Positions 1-13,027 of a stretch of DNA of 64,000 nucleotides are shown one piece after another. Each line of letters opens with the position of its first letter. Position 1 is the first letter of the stretch. This DNA comes from Squalus acanthias. Taxonomy: Eukaryota. The stretch lies in NCBI GenBank assembly GCA_030390025.1, contig CM059432.1, positions 114,330,001 through 114,394,000 on the forward strand, written 5' to 3'. The position numbers and the translations under genes are program-made. The notes beneath the pieces were generated by a model, which was not told the origin of the DNA, made no database searches, and saw only the letters and a list, made by a program, of their open reading frames with translations.

Positions 1-195
1 AGGGTTTTGAAAGCCTGCCATCTAGGAATTGAGCCAAAACTTCTGAATATCGTTTCACTCAGAGTCCTTTCAACCAGCAGACAGAATTTCATTTCATCAA
101 CTTGGGCTGAATTCAAACCTTGGATCCAAATGTGATATATTATATATATACTTAGCCAAATATTTCACTATGGTGAGCCAGAAAATATACCAAAG

Positions 196-748
196 CAACC
201 TTGGCATCCTATTTGACCCCGAGCTGAGCTTCTAGCTCTATGTCCTCTCCATCACCAAGACCGCCTACTTCCACCTCCATAGCATCGCTGTTTCCACCAG
301 TGCCTCAGCTCATCTGCTGCCGAAACTCTCATTCATGTCATTGTTACTTCTAGACTCAACTATTCCAATGCTCTCCTGGCTGGCCTCTCAACTTGCACCC
401 TCCGTAAACTTCAGCTGATCCAAAACTCTGCTGCCCGTATCCTAAGTCGCGTTCACCCATCACCCCTGTCCTCATTGACCTACATTGGCTCCCGGTCCGG
501 CACTGCCTCAATTTTAAAAATCTCATCCTTGTTTTCAAATCTCTCAATGGCCTCACTACTCCCTATCTTTGTAACCTCCTCCAGCCCGACAACCTCCGAG
601 ATCTCTGCGCTTCTCCAATTCTGTCGTCTTGCGTATCCTCAAATTGCTTTGCTTCACCATTGGTGGCTGTGCCTTTAAGTGCCTAGGCCCTAACCTCTGG
701 AATTGTTTACTACGTTAAAGGCACTATATAAATACAAGTTGTTGTTGT
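196..748 (+). mobile_element. L2-clade LINE 3' fragment (degenerate RT C-terminus and 3' tail)
   Basis: Encodes degenerate TAYFHL..TSRLNYSNALLAG..LIQNSAAR..HWLPV motifs. Ends in GCACTATATAAATACAAGTTGTTGTTG, the same tail as the L2 copies at 12005, 33112 and 45805. Boundaries approximate. Confidence 0.85.
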
Positions 749-1323
749 AAAGTGGGACGGCTAATGTAAGTGGCAGAAAGTATAAGAACTTGATTTTAAT
801 AGCCCCGAGGAGGCGGGTTTGGACGCGGGTCGGCAGCGAAAATCAGAAAAAATGGCTTCAGACACCCAACCCGCCGCCATCCCGCCCCCCACCTGATTTT
901 CGTGAGTGTTTGTTCAGCCGCTCCCAAACTGACCCGACTGGAACCGGTGGGACAGGTAGTTAAGGCAGTTAAGAGCTTGTTAGCTGCCTTGCTAATCCTA
1001 TTTTGATAGTGGTTTCGCATTTTCGTGCCTCTGGCTCCTGTTCCCCATCTTGTCAGAAACAGGCCAGCTGCAAGGAGACAAATTGCTGGAGGACATGATT
1101 TGTAGTAATTGGTGTAGCACTTTAAAAGCGCTCCTGTAACATGGCTGATATTCAAATGCAACAACCTTGTTGTTGGAGGTTTGGGATAAGATTTTGCAAA
1201 TCTACTGACCTTGACTGTTCAAGCTGACAGCCATCTGCAGTGTGACATGATCGGAATAATTTCAGGCCACTTCTAGTGTGCGCTTGCAAGCTTCTTACCT
1301 CAAATGAAATCTATAGCTACGGG

Positions 1324-2510
1324 ATGGGAAACATTTATATCTTCTCATCCTAGTCGTTAGATTCGGAGGAAGAGCAGCACCACAACCAGCCACAACAGCA
1401 GAACCAGCACCAGGAGTGCCAACCTCCTCCTCACCCACCTGATGATGCACAGGGCAGAGGGCCTCAGCTCAGTGCTGCACTTTGCTGCAGGAGATACCCC
1501 CAACACAGGGTTTACAGGCAGAGGATCAGCTTCCTCAGCATGACTGAGCAGCAGTGCCAAAGGAGGCTGAGACTTTCAAGAGACGTAGTCGCTGACATCT
1601 GCACCAACACCTGGAGCCCAGAGGAGCGTGTGCACACTCCTTACCAGTGGCTGTCAAAGTCACCACCGCACTCAACTTCTTTGCTTCGGGCTCCTTCCAG
1701 GGATCAGCTGCAGAAATCAACGGCATCTCCCAGTCGGCCGCCCACACCTGCATCACGCAGGTCACCAATGCCTTCTTTGCAAAGGCCCACAATTATATCC
1801 ACTTCTCCACGGATGGCCTAAGTGTGACGGCGCGTGCGGTTGGCTTTGCCAATATGGCAGGCTTGCCAATGGAGTAGGGCGTCATTGACTGCACACATGT
1901 AACTATTAGGGTCCCCTACCAAAACCGCAAGGGATTCCACTCCCTGAATGTCCAGCTGGTGTGTAACCACCGGAAGATCATCATGCATGTTTGTGCAAAG
2001 TACCCTGGCAGTTGCCATGACTCCTTCATACTGCGCCAGTCTACTGTGCCTCAGCTCTTCCATCCGCCAAACCAACTTTCCGGATGGCTTCTTGGCGACA
2101 AGGGCTATCACCTGAAAAAGTGGCTTATGACACCGATGAGGAGGCCATCAAACGATGCTGAGGAGTGGTACAATTTGAGCCACATATTCACCAGAAGCAT
2201 CATCGAGCAAACCATCAGCTTGCTCAAAATGCGCTTCCGATGCCTCGACAGATCTGGAGGAGCCTTGCAGTATGCACCAGCCAGGGTGTCCAGAATTGTT
2301 GTGGTCTGCTGTGCCCTGCACAACATCGCACAGCAGTGCGGCTTAGTGCTGTCGCATGAACAAGTGGCTCAGCACACAGCCTCCTCGGAGGAAGAGGATG
2401 AGGACAGGGAGCGACTCTTTGCGGGGCCGGATGTGGCCAATCCAGCAGCAGGCGAACACATTGCTGGCCGTCAGGCAAGGGATGCACTCATCCATGCCAG
2501 ATTCGTGTAA
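1324..2510 (+). pseudogene. Harbinger (HARBI1-like, DDE_Tnp_4) transposase, disrupted by stops and frameshifts
   Basis: Pieces [19 protein letters not shown] / [18 protein letters not shown] / GVIDCTH / [44 protein letters not shown] carry the typical DDE motifs. In-frame TAG near 1875 and internal deletions. Confidence 0.9.
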
Positions 2511-2687
2511 GCTTACGCTTCAACCACAGGTGGCTGGCACATGGAGATGAATATAAGTCTGACATTCTCAAAACCCCAGGCATCATCTGTCTACTAAAGC
2601 GCTCAGTGTCACCACCAACATTCTACATGGCATTCGCCCTGAGCCCTCACTCTTGAACTTCCATTTCCCAGAACACAGAGGCCACAC

Positions 2688-2927
2688 TTTAGGTGATCTC
2701 AGCAGATCGTTAAACCTCTTTCGACACTGAACCCATGTGCGTCTGCACACAGGCCTTAAACTCACCTCCTCAGCAATTTGCAGCCAAGCTGCCTTGCTTT
2801 GCTGAGGAGGCCTCCTCCTTCCGTTTCCAGGGAAGAGGACCTCCTGACGTCCTCTAACTCCCTCCACAAGAGCATGGAGGGAGCCCTCATTGAACCTGGC
2901 TGCAACCTTAGTTTTTGGGGCTGCCAT
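2688..2927 (-). pseudogene. Harbinger Myb/SANT (trihelix) DNA-binding protein, exon 1 only
   Basis: 80 codons MAAPKTKVAARFNEGSLHALVEGV..LF..W..IA.EV..RTWVQCRKRFNDLLRSPK followed by a GT donor. Same intron position as copy C. Exons 2-3 are absent. Confidence 0.85.
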
Positions 2928-4067
2928 TCCTGCAGCAGCCAGTACCTTTAAGAGAAAAAAGCATTAATTTTACTAAGCCAATGATTGGAACACATCTGGC
3001 ATATTTTTCATTTCTTAGTCACATACTACATTGATAGATAAAAAAATCATAAATGTCTTTCTGGAATAATATGACCAGCAATTTCATTCAATTATTTGTG
3101 TTCACACCAGCCGCTGTCAACTCCCCTTTCTAGATAATACAGCACCAAGCCATTCCAGTTACATTTTTTGCAAAAGGGACATGGCCCCTTTAAATTTTTA
3201 CTCCAAAAATGCATCATCAGACGCGAGAAACTGACATGCTCCAAGCAATTGCCTGGAGGGACCCGCCCGTTGGCCATAACAAGGCCAATCAAGCAAAAAT
3301 CGGAACTGCGGGCTGGCGGCATCCAGGAGCGGGTCCGAAAGCTGCCAAGCAGCGGGCCCGCCCTCAACCCACCTCCTCTATAAAAATTGAGCCCTTAGCG
3401 TGACCCTTACAGAGAAGTGTGTGCTAAGTGGAAAAAAAAATCACACAACATCTAAAGTGAAACTGAAGGCAGATAGAAACACATTTGAGGTCAGAAAATG
3501 GAGAAACCATTTACCCTGGAAGGACAGTTAAGGATTAGAAAAGCAGACTCATTTCTGTGTAATGATTCCGAATAAAACATGAAGGTTTTGATTTTTTTTT
3601 AAAGAAGGTTTAATCTTAAGGAAAGAAAATCATTAAACACATTAATATTTATCATTTAGGTTTAATAAAGCCACACTGTTAGATAGTTCTTCTTAAGTCT
3701 ATATTTTCTATGTAACACTGCTCCCTTGGGTACTGGGCATACACCCTCAAAAGAGAATGGTTTCACTAAACTAAATTTATTGAGTCTTATGAATATCTCT
3801 CATGTTTATAGATCTAAATCTCCACCGGGATTGAGACGGAATTGCAATTAAAGAAACTAGATAATGAGGTTCTTAAAGGCTGCTTTTAATCTAATTTAGG
3901 CATACCTTAATATAACATTTTCATGCCAAATTTATAATTATGCCAGAATTGACACAAAAATTGTAGTATGACGCTGCCTTGGTGGATTTTCATCGTGCTG
4001 TTACAGCTTGAACCAACACCCCTCAGAAGCTAATATTCCCATGACTCTTAGTGGAGAAACATTATTG

Positions 4068-4207
4068 CTGGGAATTTCCTCGGAGGTTCTCCCAATTGGC
4101 CACTGTGACTTCAGCGGAAGATTGGCAGAAAGCACGTTTACGCATCAATCCGGGGTTTCCATCAATTTTCAGTCGAAGATCGGGAGAACTTCCGAGGAAA
4201 TTCCTGG
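4068..4207. mobile_element. Short palindromic MITE (~140 bp)
   Basis: Terminal inverted repeat CTGGGAATTTCCTCGGAGGTTCTCCC / GGGAGAACTTCCGAGGAAATTCCTGG. Confidence 0.6.
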
Positions 4208-4209
4208 TA

Positions 4210-4519
4210 CAGGTTGAGTGTCCCAAATCCAGAGTTCCGGAATCCGGAACGATTGGTGGCAGGGGTCCGGAATCCGTAAAATGTTCCGGAATCTGGACAC
4301 CCTGAGGGAGTCTTACCAAAAACTGGAAATAGCGCAACCTGGGCCCAGGCATTTCCGGACTCGGCACGTGTTTCTGATATCCGAAGTCCAGGAATATCGA
4401 AACCTGGGCTCGGGCGTTTCCGGACTTCGGACATCAGAAACACGTTCCGAAGTCCGGAAAAACCCGAAAACCGGCTCGGCCTCGGTCCCGAGGTTGCCGG
4501 ATTCGGGACGCTCAACCTG
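4210..4519. mobile_element. Tc1/mariner-pogo (Tigger4/Zombi-like) MITE
   Basis: TIRs CAGGTTGAGTGTCCCAAATCC / GGATTCGGGACGCTCAACCTG. TA target duplication at 4208-4209 and 4520-4521. The CAGGTTGAG terminus is typical of Tigger4/MER46-type elements. Confidence 0.85.
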
Positions 4520-4524
4520 TATAT

Positions 4525-4978
4525 GTTTCAGCCTGGCTCAGTGGTAGACTCTTGCCACTGAGACAGAAGGTTGTGCGTTCAAGCCCCACTCTAAGACTTA
4601 AGCATATAAATCTAGGCTGACACATCAAATGCAGTATTGAGGGAGTGCAGTCAGAGGTGCCATCTTTTGGAGGAGATGTTAAACTGAAATCCTGTCTGCC
4701 TTTTCAAGTGGATGTAAAAGATCCCAAGGTGCTATTTGAAGAAGAGCAGTTCACCCAGGGCCCTACCAAGATTTATTATTCCATCAATACCACCAAAAAC
4801 AGATTACCTTGTCATTTATCTCATTGCTGTTTATGATACTTTGCTGTGTGCATTTTTGCTGCTTCTTCTGCCAACATAACAATGATGACACTTCAAAAGT
4901 AATTCATTGGCTTTGAAGTGCTTTGGGACATTCTGAGGACGTAAAAGGTGCTATAAATTTGCAAGGTCCTTCTTTCCT
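4525..4978 (+). mobile_element. tRNA-derived Deu-domain SINE (SacSINE1/AmnSINE1-like)
   Basis: A-box-like TGGCTCAGTGG, B-box-like GTTCAAGCC, central TCTAGGCTGACAC..GCAGTATTGAGGGAGTG..GTGGATGTAAAAGATCCC and an L2-like tail. Related copies at ~39715 and ~63295. Confidence 0.7.
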
Positions 4979-6214
4979 CTTATTTCTACCTACCTACTGG
5001 CACTAGCCTGTGGTGAATGTTTATGTGGTCAGTTTATACTCTGCACATATACTGCACTCTGCTTCCCTAAAACTTGGAACGCTATTGCACACATACAAGC
5101 ACATGTGGAAGAAGCTGAAGAGTTTGATTGTGTAAGGCTTGTATCACATGGGCAGTGCAAGAGAGGAATCATTTATTTAACATGTCTCATTCATGCTTGG
5201 TTATGTTAACAAGGTTATTACGTGAGACCCAAAACCCCCATTTGATATAACATAGCTTGTTTGAAAGTCTGTTGAGGGCTTCTCAACAACTACAGCTAAA
5301 CTATATGTAGGTGCTGACAATTATATAATTATTTATTTAATAGACCAAAATCATTTATTTAACAGAGCAAAGTCTGTGTGCTTTATATAGAGAAATGTTA
5401 CTTATATTGTCATTATATGTTGCTATTTTGCATCCGAGACACAATAGGGGAGCAATGCAATCTACTGCCGCCCATTTTGAAGTTGAATTTGGCTCGGGCC
5501 TCAAGCTCATGGTCTGACTTTGCACCTGTTTTGTCACAGATCAAATTTCTCCCCCAATGAGCCATGTTGTTAGGAAATTTAATGTCCCAGATTTTCCTGG
5601 GGACTATGGCATATCTATGTCATGGGGACCCTAGAACAGCATAAAATAAAGAGGAAGTTAAAGGAGTAAATGACTTATTCCTTACTTAGTAATTAGCATA
5701 GCTCCGCCCCCAATAAAATTAATGGTGATCGCGATTTTCCTGCATTTAAGCCAGATTTTATGCCGCTGGCACTTCGACATAAATAATGGTGCTGGTGGCC
5801 TGGCAGAGTGGCCTGATTTAATGCTCCAAGATTGGGATGGAAAATGGAGAGCCAAAATCCAATTGTATTCCACAGTGATATTTAATCCTTTGCTCGGAAC
5901 TTTGTTGCTATAATTTTATGAAGGTGACTATCCTGGGAACATTTCGTCTTTCTCAAATCACAAAGGAACCAAGGCAGTTCTTACTCAATCATTTATTTAG
6001 TCGTTTATTTTGTTTATTTAGCTGAGTCAATTATTTTTCTTAGACTTTCTGTCATGGGCGCATGAGTATTTTAGCAGGACATTAGTGTTTAATACAAAGC
6101 TAGATTGTAGGTTAAAGTTTATTTGAGAAGTTACACTTCCATTCACTTAATCCCTCTCATGGCTCCAGATGGCGTAAGTGCTGTCGCTTCAGCCCTGGGA
6201 TTGAACTTGGGATC

Positions 6215-9200
6215 TCAGGCTGTATGCAGAGTAGAGTTTTGGGTAAAAATAAGCAGAGTGGGTCAGGAAGGGACAGAGAGAGTAACAAAGGTAATAAGGC
6301 ATCAGTGACTAAGGCGAAATCAGGGAGAAATAGAAATAAGTCAAAGCTAAAGGCACTATATCTGAATGCGCGAAGCATTCACAACAAAATAGATGAATTA
6401 ATAGCGCAGATAGCAATTAATAGGTTTGATCTAATAGCCATTACGGAGACGTGGTTGCAATGTGTCCAAGATTAGGAACTAAATATTCCAGGATACTTAA
6501 CTTTTAGAAGAGACAGGCAAAATGGAAAAGGAGGAAGGGTAGCCCTGATAATAAAGGATGGGATAAAGACAGTAGAGAGAAAGGATCTTACCTCCGAAAA
6601 TCAAGAAGTAGAATCAGTTTGGGTGGAGCTAAGAAACAGCAAGGAGCAGAAAACATTGGTGGGAGTTGTTTATCGGCCCCCAAACAGTAGTTGTAATGTA
6701 GGGCAGAGTATAAATCAGGAAATTAGAGGCGCATGTAACAAGGGTAATACAGTAATCATGGGGTCTTTAATCTACATATAGACAGGGCAAAACAAATTTG
6801 CAGTAATAGTGTGGAGGACGAATTCATGGAATGTATACAAGATAGTTTTCTAGATCAGTATGTTGAGGAACCAACTAGGGAACAGGTTATATTAGATCTA
6901 GTATTGTGCAATGAGAAAGTGGTAAAGGGGCCTTTAGGAAAGAGTGACCATAATATGATAGAATTTTATATTGAGTTTGAAAGTGATTTAATTAAATCCG
7001 AACGAGGGTCTTAAATCTAAACAAAGCAAACTATGTAGGTATGAGGGGCGAGTTGGCGAAGGTAGATTGGTAAACTACATGAAAAGGTATGATGGTAGAG
7101 AAACAATGGCTAGCATTTAAAGAATTAATACATAATTTACAACAAATATACATTCTTTTAAGGCACAAAAACCCCATGGGAAAAGTGGTCCAACCGTGAC
7201 TAACAAGAGAAGTTAAAGATAATATTAGATCAAAGGAAGAGGTTTATAATGTTGCCAAAAAGAGTAGTAAGCCTGAGGATTGGGAGGATTTTAGAATTCA
7301 GCAAAGGAGGACCAAGAAATTGATAAAGAAAGCAAAAATAGAATATGAGAGTAAACTAGCGAGAGGCATAAAAACAGACTGTAAAATCTTCTATGGGTAT
7401 GTAAAAAGGAAAAGATTAGCGAAAGTAAATGTGGGTCCCTTACATGCTGAGACAATAGAAATGATAATGGGGAATAAGGAAATGGCAGAGAAATTAAACA
7501 AATACTTTGTGTATGTCTTCACGGAAGAAGACGCAAAAAACTTTCTGAAAATAGTGGAGAACCAAGGCTCTAGCGAGAATGAGGAACTAAAAGAAATTAG
7601 TAAAAAAAAAAAAATAGTACTGTAGAACTTAATGGGACTGAAAGCCGATAAATCTACTGGACCTGATGGCCTACATCCTAGGGTTTTGAAAGAGGTGACT
7701 ACAGAGATAGTGGATGCATTGATTGTCATTTTCCAAAATTCCATTGATTCTAGAATGGTTCCCGCGGATTGGAAGGTAGCAAATGTAACCCCACTATTTA
7801 AGAAGGGAGGGAGAGAGAAAACGGGGAACTACAGACCAGTTAGCCTGACATCAGTAGTAGGGAAAATGCTAGAACCTATTATTAAGGACATGGTAACAGG
7901 GCACTTAGAAAATAATAATTCTGGATTGGGCAGAGTCAACACGGATTTATGAAAGGGAAATCATGTTTGACGAATCTGTTAGAGTTTTTTGAGGTTGTAA
8001 CTAGCAGAATAGATAAGGGGGAACCAGTCGATGTGGTGTATTTGGATTTTCAGACGACATTAGATAAGGTGCCATACAAGAGGTTATTAAACAAAATTAG
8101 GGCTCATGGGATTGGGGGTAATATACTAGCATGGATTGAGAATTGGTTAACGGACAGAAAACAAGAGAGTAGGAATAAACGGGTCATTTCGGGTTGGCAG
8201 GCTGTAACTAGTGGGGTACCGCAAGGATCAATGCTTGGGCCTCAACTATTCACAATCTATATCAATGATTTGGATGAGGGGACCAAATGTAATATATCCA
8301 AGTTTGCTGTTGATAAGCTGGGTGGGAATGTAAGTTGTGAGGAGGATGCAAGGAGGCTTCAAGGGGATATAGACAGGCTAAGTGAGTGGGCAAGAACAAG
8401 GCAAATGGAATATAATGTGGAGAGATGTGTGAAGTTATCCACTTTGGTAGGAAAAATAGAAAAGCAGAGTATTTTTTAAATGCTGAGAGATTGGGAAATG
8501 TTAGTATTCAGAGGGACCTGGGTGTCCTTGTACACAAATCACTGAAAGTTAACATGCAGGTACAGCACGCAATTAGGAAAGCAAATAGTATGTTGGCCTT
8601 TATTACAAGAGGATTTGAGTATAACAGTAAAGACGTCTTACTGCAATTATATAGGGCCCTGGTGAGACCACACCTGGAGTATTGGGTACAGTTTTGGTCT
8701 CCTTACCTAAGGAAGGATATACTTGCCATAGAGGGAAGTGCAATGAAGGTTCACCAGACTGATTCCTGGGATGGGGGGGGGGATTGTCCTATGAGGAGAG
8801 ATTGAGTAGACTAGGCCTATATTCTATAGAGTTTAGAAGAATGAGAGGTGATCTCATTGAAACATACAAAATTCTTACAGGGCTTGCCAGGGTAGATGCA
8901 GGGAGGATGTTTCCCATGGCTGGGGAGTCTAGAACCACGGGTCACAGTCTCAGAATAAGGGGTCGGCCATTTAGGACTGAGGTAAGGAGAAATTTCTTCA
9001 TTCAGAGGGTTGTGAATCTTTGGAATTCTCTACCCCAGAGGGCTGTGGAGGCTCAGTCGTTGAGTATATTCAAGACAGAGATCGATAGATTTTTGGATAT
9101 TAAGGGAATCAAGGGATATGGGGATAGTTCAGGAAAGTGGAGTTGAGGTATAAGACCAGCCATGACCTTATTGAATGGCGGAGCAGGCTCGAAGGGCCAA

Positions 9201-9215
9201 ATATGTTTTTATGTT
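6215..9215 (+). mobile_element. CR1 LINE, nearly complete ORF2 (APE endonuclease plus RT), degenerate
   Basis: LYLNARSI..IAITETW, SDHN, PGPDG, NYRPVSLTS, YLDF, GVPQGS, FTIYINDLD, WNSLP motifs across broken frames. 3' tail TGAATGGCGGAGCAGGCTCGAAGGGCC. Confidence 0.95.
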
Positions 9216-10045
9216 CTCCTCTGGGCAGTCTATTTACCACTGTATTTTGGTTCCATCTCTGCTGACATTCGTGATGAGGACCATCATGAGTGGCTCCACT
9301 GGAGATGCTGCCAAAGTGGCATTCAGCCGCTCATTCATGTTGATTAGGATTTATTAAAGATGGCAAAATTTCACATCAGAATAGGAATACTTTTGAAACC
9401 TCCTTTAGTGAGACTACTGGGAAAGGAGGATGAAACCCTAGTACTCCTTCCTACTCAAGAACCACAATCTCCACAAAATTTCAGGCACAAAGGGACAGGT
9501 TTGTCAGGACTAATTTTTTTTTCCTGTTTTTAAAAAAGTCTATAGTCTAAAACAAATTTCAGCTGTTAAAGGCTAAACCCTCTGTTCACATTATTTAATG
9601 GGCAATTTATAATGGGGAAATTTTCAGTAATTTTAAGAACTCATAAAAGCAGTGAGATTCATACAGCTTCTGATCTAGTTTTATACATGTCATTTTTGTC
9701 ACAATCTTCAGTCCTGTCCTCAGTTATACATCCCAAGGCATTGCTTCAGCTTCATCGAAATCTTTAGTTTCTTTTTTACTGTCTCATTTGTTCAAAGTGA
9801 TAATTATTACAATAAAACTTATATCACACTTTTCCATCATTGTACAAGTCCACACTCTTGTATCAGATCATTTTACAGACCAGTACACTGGAAATTGCAT
9901 AGTCTGTAGAATACAGCACTGGACTTTATTTGGGGTGGGGATGAGAGAGTTTCAAAGTTGCAGCACTCTCAGGATTCAAAAGATATCCTAAGCTGTGTAT
10001 CAACTACATGAACCTTGTCATTGTGTTGACCCTTTTAGTTCCTAT

Positions 10046-10313
10046 GGGGGCGATTTTAACCCTTCTCGCTCAGCAGAAATCTGACAGGTGGGCAGTTAAA
10101 ATCGCCTTGGCTCTTACCTGTCCGAAAGCCGCCATGATCACAACATCTGCAATTTTAACTTCCTCTCCTGAGCAGGCAGCAAGGACACGCACCCGGAACC
10201 AACAGGGTCCTTCTTTACATACGCATGTTACAGCCCGATGACATAATTGAGACCCGACTGTAATTTTAACTCAAGCCTGAGCGGGGAATCCACCTGGAGT
10301 TAAAATCGGGGCC
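10046..10313. mobile_element. Harbinger-like MITE
   Basis: TIR GGGGGCGATTTTAAC / GTTAAAATCGGGGCC with internal ATTTTAAC repeats. TSD not clean. Confidence 0.6.
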
Positions 10314-10750
10314 AAATGCCCATTGTTGTATATTGTTTCCTACAAATCAGTGACCACATTCACCTTTATTCACCTCCACAGGAGTCTTTAAACTTTTTCC
10401 CTTTGTGGGCCACTTGGGTGTCCACCATGGAGCCCAGGTATTAAAATGAATATTCACATTAATTTGCATATTCCTCAAGCAGCTAAGGTGCATTGAAGTC
10501 AATAGAAATGAAAATCGGGAGAGGTATTTAACAAGCAGCTGATTCAATATCATCTGATTTACACTATCGGCAAAAGTTAAAATGATCTCCAAGAAGTGCT
10601 TTAGAAGTGCAAGTGGTTAATGTGCATCTGAATAGTAGGCCATTATATCTGGATAAAAATAAACTCTCACAGCATGGTTGCTCAGACTAAAACTGCCAGG
10701 GCAAGAAACCTGGTAAAGAGACAAGGCACAGATTATTAGAAAAAAATAAT

Positions 10751-10960
10751 GGGTAGGTTTTCATTTTCACTGCCTGGACGTTAAACATCACCTGGGCAGA
10801 GCGCAGAAAGGAAAATCGTGTGGGGAGGATCGCACGCCGCTAACAGAACCCATTGAAATAAATCGAAGGAAAGTCAGGTGGTTTCTGTTAGTTGCGTGCA
10901 ATCTTCCCAGTCAGATTTTCCTTTCAATGCTTAATGCCCGAAAAGACAAGAATTTAACCC
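10751..10960. mobile_element. Harbinger-like palindromic MITE
   Basis: GGGTAGGTTTT ... AATTTAACCC ends with an AAT 3-bp TSD on both sides. Internal imperfect inverted repeat GAAAGGAAAATC..CTAACAGAA / TTCTGTTAG..GATTTTCCTTTC. Confidence 0.65.
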
Positions 10961-11074
10961 AATGAATCTTCCTTATTCTTGGTATCTTACTCACGCATCA
11001 TTTGAGCTGTAAAGGGGTGCAGGCTCAGCTGCTTGGAACAAAAGTCTCTATGCAGTTAGACTTAATGCTCTCTT

Positions 11075-11370
11075 ACATTACATTACATAGGATTACATAG
11101 GATATACAGCACAGAAACAGGCCATTCGGCCCAACCAGTCCATGCTAGCATTTATGCTCCACTGGAGCCTCCTCCCCTCTCTCCTCATCTAACTCGATCA
11201 GCATAACCCTCTATTCCCTTTTGTTCTCGGGATGTAGGCAATGCTGGCAAGGCCGCATTTATTGCTCAGCCCTGGTTGCCCTTGAGAAGGTGGTAGTGAG
11301 CCTTCTTTTTGAACCGCTGCAGTCCATGTGGTGCTCCTACAATGGTATTAGATAGGAAACTTGCAAATTA
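11075..11370 (-). mobile_element. Two adjacent LINE 3'-end fragments (CR1 tail plus a second CR1-clade 3' end)
   Basis: ACATAG-type microsatellite tail followed by ACAGCACAGAAACAGGCCATTCGGCCC, then a fragment encoding ..HGLQRFKKKAHYHLLKGN on the minus strand. Confidence 0.65.
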
Positions 11371-12367
11371 AAGATAGAATTATAAAGGCCAATGTAAAGG
11401 TATGTAACTGTAAACCTTACTGAAGTTTTGAATACTGCAAAAGTGGCACAGTAATATTCCCAAAAGTATCGCCGCTGCAAGAACTTCAGAACAATGGTGC
11501 ACAGAAATAACCAGTTCTGATAGTGTAGTGAATGCCTCAAACTTTTTTCCTTTAATTTAAAATAAATAATAAGTTGGGTTGGGCTCATGGCCCTGATGAG
11601 ACAAGTGTGCTGAAAGGTGTATCTGCTTTATTTCCGATTTAAAAATATATATATTTTCAAACTTACTTGCGGTGTGGACACTAATAACCCTCTCCACCCT
11701 TCCAAGCACACAAACGTTTACTAAAATGGTGGTAACAGCTCAGCAGTATATTAAGAATAGACCGAATTCTTAACTATTCCTATTCATTTTTACTTCCAGT
11801 TTATGGAAGTATGAAATGTAAAAAATTTTATGCTGCAAAAATTAGCTATTAGCATTACAACAGTGCCGTCTATATTAGTGAATATAAAATCAGGCCCCTT
11901 GTTCATTGAGGACTGTAGAATAACCACTCTTAGGATGACTGGATCTCTGCTCAACCATGCTAGAGATTAGCAAGGCTTCAAGAAGTACAACCCAATGTCC
12001 AGCACATCAACAACATTTATATAGTGCCTTTAACATAGTAAAATGTCCCAAGATGCTTCACAGGAGCATTATTAATCAAAATTTGACACCGAGCCACATA
12101 AAGGGATATTAGGACAGGTGACCAAAAACTTGGTCAAAGAGGTAGGTTTTAAGGGGTGTCTTAAAGGAGAAGGGAGAAGAGAGAGGTGGAGTGGTTTAGG
12201 GAGGGTTTTCCAGAATTATGACCTAGGCGGCTGAAGGCACGGCCGCCAATGGTGGATGTGCAAGAGCACAGAATTGGAGGAGCACAGAATTGGAGGAGCA
12301 CAGAGATCTCGGAGCATTGTCGGGCTGGAGGAGGTTAGAGATAGGGAGAGGTGAGGCCATGGAAGGA

Positions 12368-12479
12368 AATAGAAGCATAGAAGATAGGAGCAGGAGTAGG
12401 CCATTCGGCCCCTCGAGCCTGCTCCGCCATTTAATGAGATCATGGCTGATCATCCAAATTCAGTACCCTGTCCCTGCTA
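12368..12479 (-). mobile_element. CR1 3'-terminal fragment inserted in L2
   Basis: Nearly identical to 61490-61592, the 3' end of the young CR1. Confidence 0.85.
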
Positions 12480-13027
12480 TAGAAGCATAAATTGAACACA
12501 AGGATGAGAATTTTAAATCTGAGGTGTTGCCGGATCGAGAGCCAATGTTGGTTAGCGAGCACAGGGGTGATGGGTGAACTGGGCTTGGTGTGAGTTAGGA
12601 TACTGGCAGCAGAGTTTTGGATGAGCTGAAGTTTACGGAAAGTGGAAGGTGGGAGGCCAGCCAGGAGAGCATTGGAATTGTTGAGTCTGGAGGTAACAAA
12701 GGTATGATGAGGGTTTTAGCAGCCGATGGGCTAAGGCAGGGGTGGAGACAGGCAATATTACAGAGGTAGCAGTAGGTGGTCTTGGTGATGGAGCGGATAT
12801 GCAGTCGATGCTCAGCTCAGCGTCAAATAGGAAGCCGAGGTTGCGATCAGTCGGACACAGCCTCAGACAGTGGCCAGGGAGGATAATGGAATCAATAGCT
12901 AGAGAACAGAGTTACTGCAGGGGACCGAAGACTAATTTTGCCATTGGGGGCGGGCTGGGGCGTGTCAGGACCCCAACTCTGATGTGAAGTGGGAAAAAAG
13001 TGTGATTTTGCCCTAATTGGACACTTG

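Larger units (their letters stand above)
786..3394. mobile_element. PIF/Harbinger DNA transposon copy A (transposase plus only exon 1 of the Myb/SANT gene)
   Basis: Degenerate TIRs GAACTTGATTTT (786) / AAAATTGAGCCC (3394), flanked by TAA and TTA. Subterminal GGAGGCGGG motifs. Contains convergent HARBI1-like and Myb/SANT ORFs. Confidence 0.85.

Noticed and set aside
1959..2510. Domesticated host HARBI1 gene
   Set aside because: Flanked by TIRs and a TSD, paired with a Myb ORF, present in several copies in the window and disrupted by stops and frameshifts. It is a transposon copy.
4230..4500. CRISPR-like array from recurring TCCGGA units
   Set aside because: Units are only 6-8 nt and irregularly spaced, inside a TA-flanked Tigger-like MITE in vertebrate DNA, with no cas genes.
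4530..4600. tRNA gene
   Set aside because: The tRNA-like A/B boxes are the head of a SINE, and no full cloverleaf is evident.
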